From: a phage
DNA length: 46,671 nucleotides
Assembly: GCA_030877765.1 (NCBI GenBank)
Contig: GCA_030877765.1_4853.1
Direction: 5' to 3' (one strand)
Position 1 is the first letter of the stretch. Each line of letters begins with the position of its first letter. Both the position numbers and the translations under genes were made by a program. Shown here piece after piece: positions 8,891-17,221 of the stretch. The notes under the pieces are model-generated. The model made no database searches. It worked only from the letters and a program-made list of their open reading frames with translations, and was not told the DNA's origin.

Positions 8891-10443
8891 TTCAACCTCG
8901 GATTTATGTGAACAGTGTTTCCGATAAATACGCAGTAACCATCCTCTTCAAGTGATGGCAATACACTTGATCTGAGTCGGTCATAAATTTTAGGTATCCC
9001 TTTGAATGGTCGCACGTTTTTAAGTGAATCATAAAGCCACTTCACCGTTACGCTATTTTTCCCTTTCTGAGCGGCGGAGCGTAGTTTTTCGGCAACAACA
9101 TCAAACTCAGATCGTTCACCAGCATACCCATTTGATTCAACAGCATCAGTGAACGTTTTTGTCAGTGCGTCATAAACACTGATGGCGCGACTAATTTCAT
9201 TTTCACCGATAATCTTTGAACGCTTTCCTCCATCGCACCAGTTTTCAGCAGCGTGAAATATTGCTGCCAGACGTATTATTTGCTTATCAGCTTTACCCAT
9301 CGCGCCACGAAGAAGAACGTGGTCCCACTTACCGCCGGGAAGGAAGTTTTTCTCCCACTGATTTCGTAACAGGCCGATCATTCTTGCTGAGTCATTGTGA
9401 AGCGTCAGTTTTGTTTTTTCTGCTGACACAACATTATGTATAAATCTTGCATATTCCGACCTCAAGCTGTCTGGCATTGGCTTGCTTACAGGGCAATCAT
9501 TAACCATGTCCCAGTGTTCGCGATAGCCAAGCATTGATTGCTCTCGCAACATCAGGAAACGTTCAGAAAGACCGTTCCCCCTGTCGCCAGCGGCAAGAAT
9601 GGCATCAATACTTTCATCCTGCGCAATCACACTTATGTTTCCAAGCACGTAACCAGATGAAACGCCACGACCAACACGAGCAGAGCCAATGAATCCGCCA
9701 TCCCATCCCTTCAGGATGACTTCGGCGTTTGCCTTTCCACCTTCCTTTCCGTAAGAGAGGCCAAGACATGTGTTAAGAACGCTTGCCTCGTCACTTATCA
9801 GATTAAAAAAGCCACCTTCATGGATTGCCTGATGCTGAACAGCCTCCGGCGTTGCGTCAGTAAGTGGGTATGTAATCGTATAAAGCTCTTCCAGCTTCTC
9901 CTTTTCCCGAGCAATATCGTCGCCGATTAGTGCCTTTGCATTCTGATTGCTGGCCTCTTTATATGCCTTCATCAATTCTTCAATGCGAAGATTTATTTTT
10001 ATGATCTGCTTTTCCATCTTTTTGGAAAGGTTGTCATATTCAATCTTCACCGGATTCATGTGCATTGAGTTGATAGCGGTTTTCCCTGCTGATGGAGGCT
10101 GAGAAGTAACCACGTAAAGAGAAACTGGAAGCTCTGAATGGTAATACTCAACGCTAAAGTTTCTCGTCATTGCGCTGGCGACGCAACCAAGTAAATGCAT
10201 GAACGATGTATTTATTGGGAACTGAACTGCGCGAGCTGCAGCGATTGCATAACGAGACAGCAAATCAGTCCTGTGCTCACTGGTCAGTTCTGTTTCTGAA
10301 TACGTTACATCACGCTCCTTACCTTCCTTGATGTCCAGCCACATATTTGAGCTTGGTATCATGCCATAATGGAAGGCAACGCGAGCCGGAGATACTTTCA
10401 ATTCCCTTGCTTCGTTGAAGATGTCTTGAGCTGTGATCATCAT
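8887..10443 (-). CDS. Large replication-associated protein with P-loop (possibly DUF3987-like primase/helicase-associated)
   Basis: 518 aa, first large gene of the leftward operon next to the iteron region; P-loop-like SQPPSAGKT. Family assignment is uncertain. Confidence 0.55.
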   Translation of the reverse strand: MMITAQDIFNEARELKVSPARVAFHYGMIPSSNMWLDIKEGKERDVTYSETELTSEHRTDLLSRYAIAAARAVQFPINTSFMHLLGCVASAMTRNFSVEYYHSELPVSLYVVTSQPPSAGKTAINSMHMNPVKIEYDNLSKKMEKQIIKINLRIEELMKAYKEASNQNAKALIGDDIAREKEKLEELYTITYPLTDATPEAVQHQAIHEGGFFNLISDEASVLNTCLGLSYGKEGGKANAEVILKGWDGGFIGSARVGRGVSSGYVLGNISVIAQDESIDAILAAGDRGNGLSERFLMLREQSMLGYREHWDMVNDCPVSKPMPDSLRSEYARFIHNVVSAEKTKLTLHNDSARMIGLLRNQWEKNFLPGGKWDHVLLRGAMGKADKQIIRLAAIFHAAENWCDGGKRSKIIGENEISRAISVYDALTKTFTDAVESNGYAGERSEFDVVAEKLRSAAQKGKNSVTVKWLYDSLKNVRPFKGIPKIYDRLRSSVLPSLEEDGYCVFIGNTVHINPRLK

Positions 10444-10679
10444 GAAATCCTTTTTACGTAAACCATGTCTTTATCAGGGTATCCAACCTTTGTTGAGAAT
10501 TTCATTCCTTCATTCCTGCGCATGAAGTAGTTTAATGCGTTCCTCAGGTTTGCAATTCCTCCAAACCTCTTCGAGTTAATCATCACAGTCTCACCTACTG
10601 AAACCGCCGACAACCCAGAAAGAGCTGCATTCTTTTTGCCGTACTTGTCAAGTTTCACAAAAGCCTCCAACAGCAACAA
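10440..10679 (-). CDS. Small hypothetical protein (N-terminus uncertain; likely the 47-aa product from internal ATG near 10583)
   Basis: Track ORF begins at a TTG; internal ATG (MINSKRFGG...) has a GGTGA RBS. Confidence 0.3.
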   Translation of the reverse strand: MLLLEAFVKLDKYGKKNAALSGLSAVSVGETVMINSKRFGGIANLRNALNYFMRRNEGMKFSTKVGYPDKDMVYVKRIS

Positions 10680-10730
10680 ATTATAATTGAATCATATCAT
10701 AACTATTGAATCATGCAACATCAAATACGA

Positions 10731-11040
10731 CTCACGTGGGTAGCGTGGGGAAGCCGTGGGGAACATCACCTTCCCCACGAAGTTTCACTCTAAGTATATG
10801 TAATATAATATAATTATTATTATTTGGGTTAATGGGTAATATTATTATTCATATTATAGATAGTAATTAACATAATATTAACAAATGGATTATTTGAATA
10901 TATTTATAAGGGGATGGGTATGAAATCTTCCCCTTTTTACCCACGAAAAATAAAAACATTAAAATCAATTATTTACGATGAAAAACGTGGGGCAACTGAC
11001 CTTCCCCACGGCTTCCCCACGGGTAAAAATTTACCCCACG
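10731..11040. repeat. Iteron array flanking an AT-rich core (candidate origin/operator region)
   Basis: About nine copies of (T)YCCCCACG(G) or its complement CGTGGGG in both orientations at 10732-10779, 10939-10946 and 10986-11040, either side of a ~140-bp AT-rich stretch (10795-10935). Confidence 0.7.
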
Positions 11041-11063
11041 AGCACGTTTTTAACGCATTCATG

Positions 11064-11092
11064 TTGACGTAGAATCACAACTGATGTAGATT
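11064..11092 (+). promoter_or_regulatory. Rightward early promoter
   Basis: TTGACG (11064-11069), 17-bp spacer, TAGATT (11087-11092); GAGGG RBS and ATG at 11123 downstream. Confidence 0.55.
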
Positions 11093-11122
11093 GAACTCAT
11101 AGGAACAAACGAGGGTGAAGAG

Positions 11123-11269
11123 ATGAGAATCAAAGACCGTGAAGAATTTGAAGATGCACAGACTATGGCGCGCATTGCAGTTAACCGCACAAACAACAGC
11201 ATTCCTGCAGAAGCATTCTGGAACGCAGCGATGCAGGCTTTAATCTCAGCGTATGGACTCAGCAAATGA
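11123..11269 (+). CDS. Small early protein (48 aa)
   Basis: ATG 11123 preceded by GAGGGTGAAG RBS and a promoter; below the track cutoff. Confidence 0.45.
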   Translation: MRIKDREEFEDAQTMARIAVNRTNNSIPAEAFWNAAMQALISAYGLSK

Positions 11270-11450
11270 CAGGCGCAACACTCGAACTTATCGCCAGTCT
11301 GGTTATCGTTGCTGGCATCATTATCGCAGTGGCAGTTTCCAAATCAGGGTATAAGGAGTGACAAGATGAGCAACTGGCATAACGAACACATCATGCAATG
11401 GTATCGTCGCCGCATTAAGGCAATCATTAACTCTTATGAGGTTTAACAAG

Positions 11451-11609
11451 ATGAACAACAAGCCAATTCAGCCAACAGAAGAAATGATTGAAGCAGGTAT
11501 CCGTGAGCTTATGGAAAACATTGATGTTGAGTGTATGACAGATGATGAGATGAGTGACACCGTGGTTTTCATCTGGCAAGCAATGTATCAGGCGCACACG
11601 GAGAAATAA
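11451..11609 (+). CDS. Small early protein (52 aa)
   Basis: ATG with upstream AGG; tightly packed with neighbours. Confidence 0.35.
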   Translation: MNNKPIQPTEEMIEAGIRELMENIDVECMTDDEMSDTVVFIWQAMYQAHTEK

Positions 11610-11612
11610 CAA

Positions 11613-11795
11613 ATGGCAAAGACTATCTATCGTCGCGAGAAGCTGGAGCCTGAACTCGGTCACGTTGGCGCACAGAACTTTATGAGTAAGCAGGCACGCA
11701 ATGCAATGGAATCTATCCGCGTGAATCGCGTTGTGCGCGTGTTTAATGGTGAAGGTAAGCGAAGAGTAATGGATGAGCTGATTATCGTATTTTGA
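11613..11795 (+). CDS. Hypothetical early protein (60 aa)
   Basis: Track ORF in operon orientation. Confidence 0.45.
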   Translation: MAKTIYRREKLEPELGHVGAQNFMSKQARNAMESIRVNRVVRVFNGEGKRRVMDELIIVF

Positions 11796-11831
11796 CATCG
11801 ATTCAGCAGGCTTATTTCTAATGGTGATGAT

Positions 11832-12065
11832 ATGGAAAAAGTAAAAACATATGAGTTCTGGTTTATGCAGAACAAAATGTATGCAAGCAGGACAATCAAG
11901 CGAGTGCACTGGTGGAATAAGTGGCTAATCATTTTCGGCTGCATGGTGCTGGCAAAGTGCAAATTCAAAGCGATTGACATTACGGATGAGGATGCGCTCA
12001 AAATCGCAAAGATTGAGTTTGAAGAAGATGGTTATTACGAAGAAATTATGGGGGTTAGGGTATGA
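11832..12065 (+). CDS. Hypothetical early protein with one TM segment (77 aa)
   Basis: Hydrophobic stretch WLIIFGCMVLA; operon orientation. Confidence 0.45.
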   Translation: MEKVKTYEFWFMQNKMYASRTIKRVHWWNKWLIIFGCMVLAKCKFKAIDITDEDALKIAKIEFEEDGYYEEIMGVRV

Positions 12066-12352
12066 GTGAAGTGAAGATATACACATTGGTTATGGGAGAA
12101 AAAGAGATTCTTAATTTTAAGCATGGAGAAGAGCTGAGGATCGGGCAGTTCGTTAAATACAAGGACTATGCAGAACTCGAAACTAAATGCGATGAGCTAC
12201 TTAAAGAAATTAAAAACATGCAGGACCAAGCCATTGATGATGGATGCCGAATTGCAGAGCTTGAAGAAGCCTTGCGAGATAAGCAGGCACTAATTCCTGA
12301 TGAGCACGACACGACAGCACGGCAATTCGAAAGCCTGGCTAAAAGTGAATAG
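12062..12352 (+). CDS. Hypothetical acidic early protein (96 aa)
   Basis: ATGA overlap with the upstream gene; acidic coiled-coil-like C-terminus. Confidence 0.5.
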   Translation: MSEVKIYTLVMGEKEILNFKHGEELRIGQFVKYKDYAELETKCDELLKEIKNMQDQAIDDGCRIAELEEALRDKQALIPDEHDTTARQFESLAKSE

Positions 12353-12515
12353 CTACCCGTTCATATTAATTATCAGTGCGCTCTATGTGGCGCACGTTTT
12401 AGTGGAGGCACATCAATGAACAACCACCAACGACGCCGATACACCACTGGTGCTAAAATTTTCCTTACTGTTTATGTGCTTGCACTGGTAGCAGCTATCG
12501 CAGGAGTTGTGCATT

Positions 12516-12695
12516 ATGTTTAACGATATCAGTGACGCAATGCAAAACATGCGGGAACGCTACTGGGATGGCGGTATGATGTGTCATTACATGATGGTGC
12601 AGCTCAGCAATCGCATTGAGGTTGTGCCTGACAATGGCGTGCATGACATTAAGTGCATGTGCTCAACGAGGGCTTTCGCAAATGCAAACCACTAA
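12516..12695 (+). CDS. Hypothetical Cys/Met-rich small protein
   Basis: Track ORF 12507-12695; start ambiguous. Confidence 0.3.
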   Translation: MFNDISDAMQNMRERYWDGGMMCHYMMVQLSNRIEVVPDNGVHDIKCMCSTRAFANANH

Positions 12696-12849
12696 ACAGA
12701 AAGTCTGGCAACTCGCAAAGCAGCACGAATTAGACGATTTCATCGAGAAGGTTGCAAAGACATTCCCTGACGCGCTTGAAGTCGTTCATGTGCAGACGCG
12801 AAATGAAAATGCATGGTGCTACACAAAAAATCATACAAATGGTAGATGA
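12682..12849 (+). CDS. Hypothetical small protein (55 aa)
   Basis: ATG at 12682 within track ORF 12616-12849. Confidence 0.3.
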   Translation: MQTTKQKVWQLAKQHELDDFIEKVAKTFPDALEVVHVQTRNENAWCYTKNHTNGR

Positions 12850-13276
12850 AATGAAGCTAACAAAAAAACAACGCGAAGAGCTACGCATGAAGTTCGGTGG
12901 TCGCTGTGCTTATTGTGGGTGTGAGCTACCCGAGAAAGGTTGGCATGCAGACCATGTTGAACCAGTGCTACGTAAATCTGAGCAGTGCATGAAGGCAGCG
13001 GCGAAAGGGATTTTCAAGCTGAAGGCAACCGGTGAGCTATATCGACCAGAAGCAGAGCGACTGGAAAACCTTTACCCTGCGTGCGCCCCCTGCAATCTGA
13101 TGAAAACTTCCTATTCCCTGGAAATGTTCAGGAAGCAGGTATCTCTTCAGGTTGCTCGTGGGCGCAAAAGCAGCATGAATTTCCGCACTGCAGAGCGTTT
13201 CGGTCTTATCGCCGTGGTGGAGAAACCAGTTGTTTTCTGGTTTGAGAAATACCAGGAAGAGAACGAAAAAAAATAA
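12839..13276 (+). CDS. HNH endonuclease (terminase-associated type)
   Basis: CAYCGCEL...HADHVEPV...ENLYPACAPCNLMK: Cys4-type HNH motif, positioned just upstream of the terminase genes. Confidence 0.8.
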   Translation: MVDEMKLTKKQREELRMKFGGRCAYCGCELPEKGWHADHVEPVLRKSEQCMKAAAKGIFKLKATGELYRPEAERLENLYPACAPCNLMKTSYSLEMFRKQVSLQVARGRKSSMNFRTAERFGLIAVVEKPVVFWFEKYQEENEKK

Positions 13277-13410
13277 ATGTGTTTATGATGCTCTGTTGGC
13301 AAGCGCGATAATGATGGTGTACAATAAACGCATAACCACCATTGCTTTCACTTATATCATCACCCAACCTTTAAACCGCCTTGTGCGGGTTCTTTTTTAT
13401 CTACGTCTAT

Positions 13411-13450
13411 GTGTTAAAATTAGCGTATGTGTGTTAAAATTAGCGTATGT
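13411..13450. repeat. Perfect 20-bp tandem direct repeat x2
   Basis: GTGTTAAAATTAGCGTATGT at 13411-13430 and again at 13431-13450, between the HNH gene and terS. Confidence 0.9.
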
Positions 13451-13476
13451 GAGTTACTAAAAGAGCACAAAAAGAC

Positions 13477-13917
13477 ATGGCGAATCCAAATCCAAAACAC
13501 AAGTTTTCCTCTACAAATCAACCGCCTCCGCGCGGTAAGAGTTATCGCACAGTGCTGCTTGAGGCGCTTCGTGCTGCAAATACACCGATGAATGAGATTG
13601 AATTCGTCACGTATTACATCAATAGGGCCATGACATGCGAAGACGCTCAGGCAACTGGTATGCTTCGAGAGATATTCCTGCGGCTCAACCCAATTCCTAA
13701 GCCTGTAGCTCCTCCTGTGGAGTTTGACTTCCCTGCTGACGGAACTCCGGTTCAGAAAATGGATGCAATCATCAAGGGTGTCTCCACTGGCGTCGTGCCT
13801 GCTGACATCGGCAAGATGATGGCTGACATTATCAAGTCTGGCCTTGATATTCAGGAAATCACCGAACTCGCAGCGCGACTTGAGCGACTGGAGAAATTGC
13901 TGGAACAGCAACAGTAA
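13477..13917 (+). CDS. Putative terminase small subunit
   Basis: 146-aa protein upstream of the large terminase with helical, coiled-coil C-terminus; assigned by position and size. Confidence 0.5.
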   Translation: MANPNPKHKFSSTNQPPPRGKSYRTVLLEALRAANTPMNEIEFVTYYINRAMTCEDAQATGMLREIFLRLNPIPKPVAPPVEFDFPADGTPVQKMDAIIKGVSTGVVPADIGKMMADIIKSGLDIQEITELAARLERLEKLLEQQQ

Positions 13918-14019
13918 CTGATTTATAATAATTAATGCGGCAAAGGGTAGCTCCCTGCCTGGATTGGTCTCCGGGCTGCCGCATCCATCCAGTGACCGCC
14001 TTTAACCGAGGATTCAATA

Positions 14020-14532
14020 ATGCGACCCTTAAAAGAAGAAAAACTCACGCAAGACAGGCTGAAAGAGTTGCTGCATTATAACCATGATACTGGTATTTTC
14101 ACATGGGTTCAGCGCGCCTCAAAAAGCGTAAGAGTTGGTAATTCAGCTGGCAGTAAGAATAAGTCAGGCTATATAGATATACGCATCGATAAGTCTTTAC
14201 ACAAAGCTCATCGGCTTGCGTGGCTTTACATTTATGGTGTGTGGCCCAATGGGAAAATAGATCACATCAATAACGTGAAGACAGATAACAGAATCTGCAA
14301 CCTGAGAGAAGCAAGCAATAATGAAAACGGATGGAATGCTGGTAAACCATCGACAAATACGTCAGGAGTAAAAGGTGTGAGTTGGGATGCAGAGAAAAAT
14401 AAATGGAAGGCGCATTGCAGGGTTTTTGGGAAAAAATATACAGTAGGTAGGTTTTCATCAAAAGAATATGCTGAGAGAGCCGTGGCGGAGTTCAGAGAGA
14501 AACATCACGGGGAGTTTTTTAATCATGGCTAG
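14020..14532 (+). CDS. HNH-AP2 homing endonuclease (paralog 2 of 4), between terS and terL
   Basis: AHRLAWLYIYGVWPNGKIDHINNVKTDNRICNLR followed by NTSGVKGVSWDAEKNKWKAHCRVFGKKYTVGRF. Confidence 0.85.
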   Translation: MRPLKEEKLTQDRLKELLHYNHDTGIFTWVQRASKSVRVGNSAGSKNKSGYIDIRIDKSLHKAHRLAWLYIYGVWPNGKIDHINNVKTDNRICNLREASNNENGWNAGKPSTNTSGVKGVSWDAEKNKWKAHCRVFGKKYTVGRFSSKEYAERAVAEFREKHHGEFFNHG

Positions 14533-15949
14533 AAAAAGACTCTCAAGTGTGGCAATCGAAAAACTTGAACAGGCGGTTGGAAACTCAACTTCAAAGCCTG
14601 AGTCTGCTGTATTTGGCATTGTTAACAAACTGCTTGCCGATGGTACGCCTAATGTTATAAAGCGCCTAAAAATGACATCAACAGGCGTATCTGAAACAAA
14701 CGAAGAACCAACAATACTCATTCCCGAGAGAATGGAATTACTGCTTTATCCTCGCCGTTTCAAAGTGTTCTATGGAGGTAGGGGCAGCGGAAAGACGGCT
14801 AACGTTGTTTCTTACCTTATAGAAAAGGCAAGATTTCGCAACAGCCGCGTCGGATGCTTTCGTGAGATACAGAACTCAATCAAAGAATCAAGCTATGCCG
14901 AACTGGTTGATGAGATAAACAGGAAAGGACACACTCAGGAATATCGTTGCGTGGATGGTGAAATAACCCACCATTCAACGAGGTCAAAGTTTGTTTTCCG
15001 TGGTTTGTGGCGAAATATAACCGCCATTAAGGGTATGGCTGGCCTTACAGATGTATTCTGTGAAGAATCAGAAAATATCAGCCAGGTTTCATGGGATACG
15101 CTAATCCCAACAGTCCGCGCCGCTGGCTCTGAAATTATTATTGTTTTTAACCCAAACAAAGAGACGGACCCGACATGGACTAACTTTGTTGCGCCTTATA
15201 TTGACAAGATGGTTGACGGCATATATCAGGATGATGACATCGTTGTTGTTAATGTTAATTACATCCACAACCCGTGGTTCACGGAAGAACTTAAGCAGCA
15301 CATGAACCAGATGAAAGCTGTGGATTATGATCGCTACCTTTGGGTGTATGAAGGCTTATTCAACAAGCGGTCTGACGAAGCTGTTCTCGGGGGGAAATGG
15401 CAAACACTCGACTTTGAACCATCTCCTGAGTGGGGTGGGCCTTACTACGGCATTGACTTTGGTTTTTCTCAGGATGCAACAGCAGCAACTGAATCATATG
15501 TAGAAGATTTGGGTGATGGACGAAGAAACCTGTATATCTATCGTGACTTTGCAAAGGTTGGCCTTGAGATAACTGACACGCCGGAAGCGATGCGCTCAGC
15601 ATTCCCAAATTCAGAGAAGTACAGATGGTATGGGGATTGCGCAAGACCTGAAACAATAAGCCATATACGACGCTCTGGATTCGATATTCATCCGTGCGCA
15701 AAATGGCCGGGGAGCATTGAGGACGGTATTACGTGGCTGCGTGGGTGTGACAGGATTTACGTGCACTCAAGATGCAGGCACGTCATTGAAGAGATGACAA
15801 TGTACAGCTATAAGGTGGACAAATTAACAGGTAACATACTCCCTGATATAGTTGATAAATACAATCACGCGATTGATAGTTTACGCTATGGACTTGGAGA
15901 TCACATCGTTCAACGCGGTAGCGGGATGCTAATCCGGCGCAGTCGATAA
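14525..15949 (+). CDS. Terminase large subunit
   Basis: Walker A YGGRGSGKT, ATPase and nuclease domain layout; ATG 14525 overlaps the HNH stop. Confidence 0.9.
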   Translation: MARKRLSSVAIEKLEQAVGNSTSKPESAVFGIVNKLLADGTPNVIKRLKMTSTGVSETNEEPTILIPERMELLLYPRRFKVFYGGRGSGKTANVVSYLIEKARFRNSRVGCFREIQNSIKESSYAELVDEINRKGHTQEYRCVDGEITHHSTRSKFVFRGLWRNITAIKGMAGLTDVFCEESENISQVSWDTLIPTVRAAGSEIIIVFNPNKETDPTWTNFVAPYIDKMVDGIYQDDDIVVVNVNYIHNPWFTEELKQHMNQMKAVDYDRYLWVYEGLFNKRSDEAVLGGKWQTLDFEPSPEWGGPYYGIDFGFSQDATAATESYVEDLGDGRRNLYIYRDFAKVGLEITDTPEAMRSAFPNSEKYRWYGDCARPETISHIRRSGFDIHPCAKWPGSIEDGITWLRGCDRIYVHSRCRHVIEEMTMYSYKVDKLTGNILPDIVDKYNHAIDSLRYGLGDHIVQRGSGMLIRRSR

Positions 15950-15965
15950 ATCCGCATCACCACAC

Positions 15966-16004
15966 TTGACCAATCTACACCGAGCGCATAGTATAATCTA
16001 CATC
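15966..16004 (+). promoter_or_regulatory. Sigma70-like promoter
   Basis: TTGACC, 17 bp, TAGTAT overlapping TATAAT; two AATCTAC boxes inside. Confidence 0.55.
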
Positions 16005-16025
16005 AGGCTTATCGGAGATATCACT

Positions 16026-16232
16026 ATGCGCAGCTATGCAGGGTTCACACAGGAGGAGAAAGAGCAGGTTTATTCACTGGCTCGGGCTGGTGTGCCAGAT
16101 GAGGTGATTTGCCGTCGGTATGACATCGACGAGGATTTCCTGCTGCGCGTTATTGATGATGTCTTCGTTAACCTGCAAGAGAAGCGCGGATATAAAGGTA
16201 TCTGCTGCAAGAATGATTTTTTGAGAGGGTGA
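16026..16232 (+). CDS. Hypothetical protein (68 aa)
   Basis: ATG 16026 downstream of the promoter; track ORF 15966-16232 is over-extended. Confidence 0.45.
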   Translation: MRSYAGFTQEEKEQVYSLARAGVPDEVICRRYDIDEDFLLRVIDDVFVNLQEKRGYKGICCKNDFLRG

Positions 16233-16233
16233 T

Positions 16234-16431
16234 GTGATGATTAAGATGAGCAAGATGAGCAACAGAAGCAAGGTTTGCAGGATTGCTTTATTGCCAATCT
16301 TCCTGCCTGTGTGGTTGTTATGGGTTTTATTTTCTGGGGCGAGAAATCTATTTGAGTATCTTGAATTTTGTCAGGCAAAGGTTATACGAAAATTCCATGA
16401 TGTCATTGATAAGTGGTTTCCGCTTGGTTGA
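16234..16431 (+). CDS. Small membrane protein (65 aa)
   Basis: One TM helix (LLPIFLPVWLLWVLF). Confidence 0.4.
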   Translation: MMIKMSKMSNRSKVCRIALLPIFLPVWLLWVLFSGARNLFEYLEFCQAKVIRKFHDVIDKWFPLG

Positions 16432-16604
16432 GGTGATGTGATGAAAATTGAAGAAACAGTTAACTGCATGGCGATTAATGTGTTCACGGATTGCGATACC
16501 ATTTGCGTGCAGGATTTCACTGGCGATTATGTCAGGATTGACAAACACCAAGCCGCGCAGCTAATCGAAGTCCTGCAACGCTGGGTTAATGGTGAGGAAA
16601 TTGA

Positions 16605-16793
16605 GTGATGAGTGTTTATTTCATTCATGGTGAAGTGCTTGATGGTGGTGATGTTGTTACCAAGGTTTGCGCGACATCTACGGCATCAAACGCCAGTGAA
16701 GCGTTTGATTGGTTTTTGGGTTGCGAATTGGTTGTAAAGTACGAAATAAAAGGCTACGACGTCATCATTGATAAACTGGAAAAGGTGGAGTGA
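16605..16793 (+). CDS. Hypothetical protein (62 aa)
   Basis: Track ORF with GGTGAGG RBS. Confidence 0.4.
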   Translation: MMSVYFIHGEVLDGGDVVTKVCATSTASNASEAFDWFLGCELVVKYEIKGYDVIIDKLEKVE

Positions 16794-16964
16794 TGGCGCT
16801 ATTCTGGTCGTTCTGGATTCCACTTAATTTTATGTTCTGGTGGTTTATAGCAGCCGGAGTGCAAGAGCCAAGCAAGATACATTTCATGATTAGTTCATTT
16901 TTCGCTGTGATGACTGGTGTTGTGCCATGCTTGTTGTATCAATATTTCAAATAGAGGTGGAGTG

Positions 16965-17162
16965 ATGCATTTCAAATCACTAAATACCATAAGGAACGAG
17001 ATGGTTGGTGGCAAATATAAAAACCACAGAGACGAAGTAGTAACCGTTGTTAATGTTGTTGGCGCTGGCGGTGGTTATCAGGTCCATTTTAATTACGGCA
17101 TGCCATACAATGTGGTTTGCGGACTTGGCAAGTTCAGGCAGCGATACCCGCATAAGGTTTAG
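16965..17162 (+). CDS. Hypothetical protein (65 aa)
   Basis: ATG 16965 preceded by GAGGTGGAG. Confidence 0.4.
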   Translation: MHFKSLNTIRNEMVGGKYKNHRDEVVTVVNVVGAGGGYQVHFNYGMPYNVVCGLGKFRQRYPHKV

Positions 17163-17183
17163 CCATATACCATCCATGCTATA

Positions 17184-17212
17184 ATCCCATCCAACGTGAT
17201 GGGATTTTTTAT
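17184..17212 (+). terminator. Rho-independent terminator immediately upstream of the portal gene
   Basis: 8-bp stem atcccatc/gatgggat, 6-nt loop, TTTTTTATT; a TGCTATAAT extended -10 overlaps its 5' side. Confidence 0.65.
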
Positions 17213-17221
17213 TGGTGACAT

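Noticed and set aside
10731-11040. Possible CRISPR array because of repeated CCCCACG motifs
   Set aside because: Repeats are only 8-10 bp, occur in both orientations with irregular spacing and no spacer-repeat periodicity; no cas genes. Better read as iterons or operator sites.
11059-12001. Minus-strand ORFs 11059-11265, 11427-11909 and 11660-12001
   Set aside because: Antisense to a densely packed rightward early operon with promoter and RBS support; no RBS on the minus strand.
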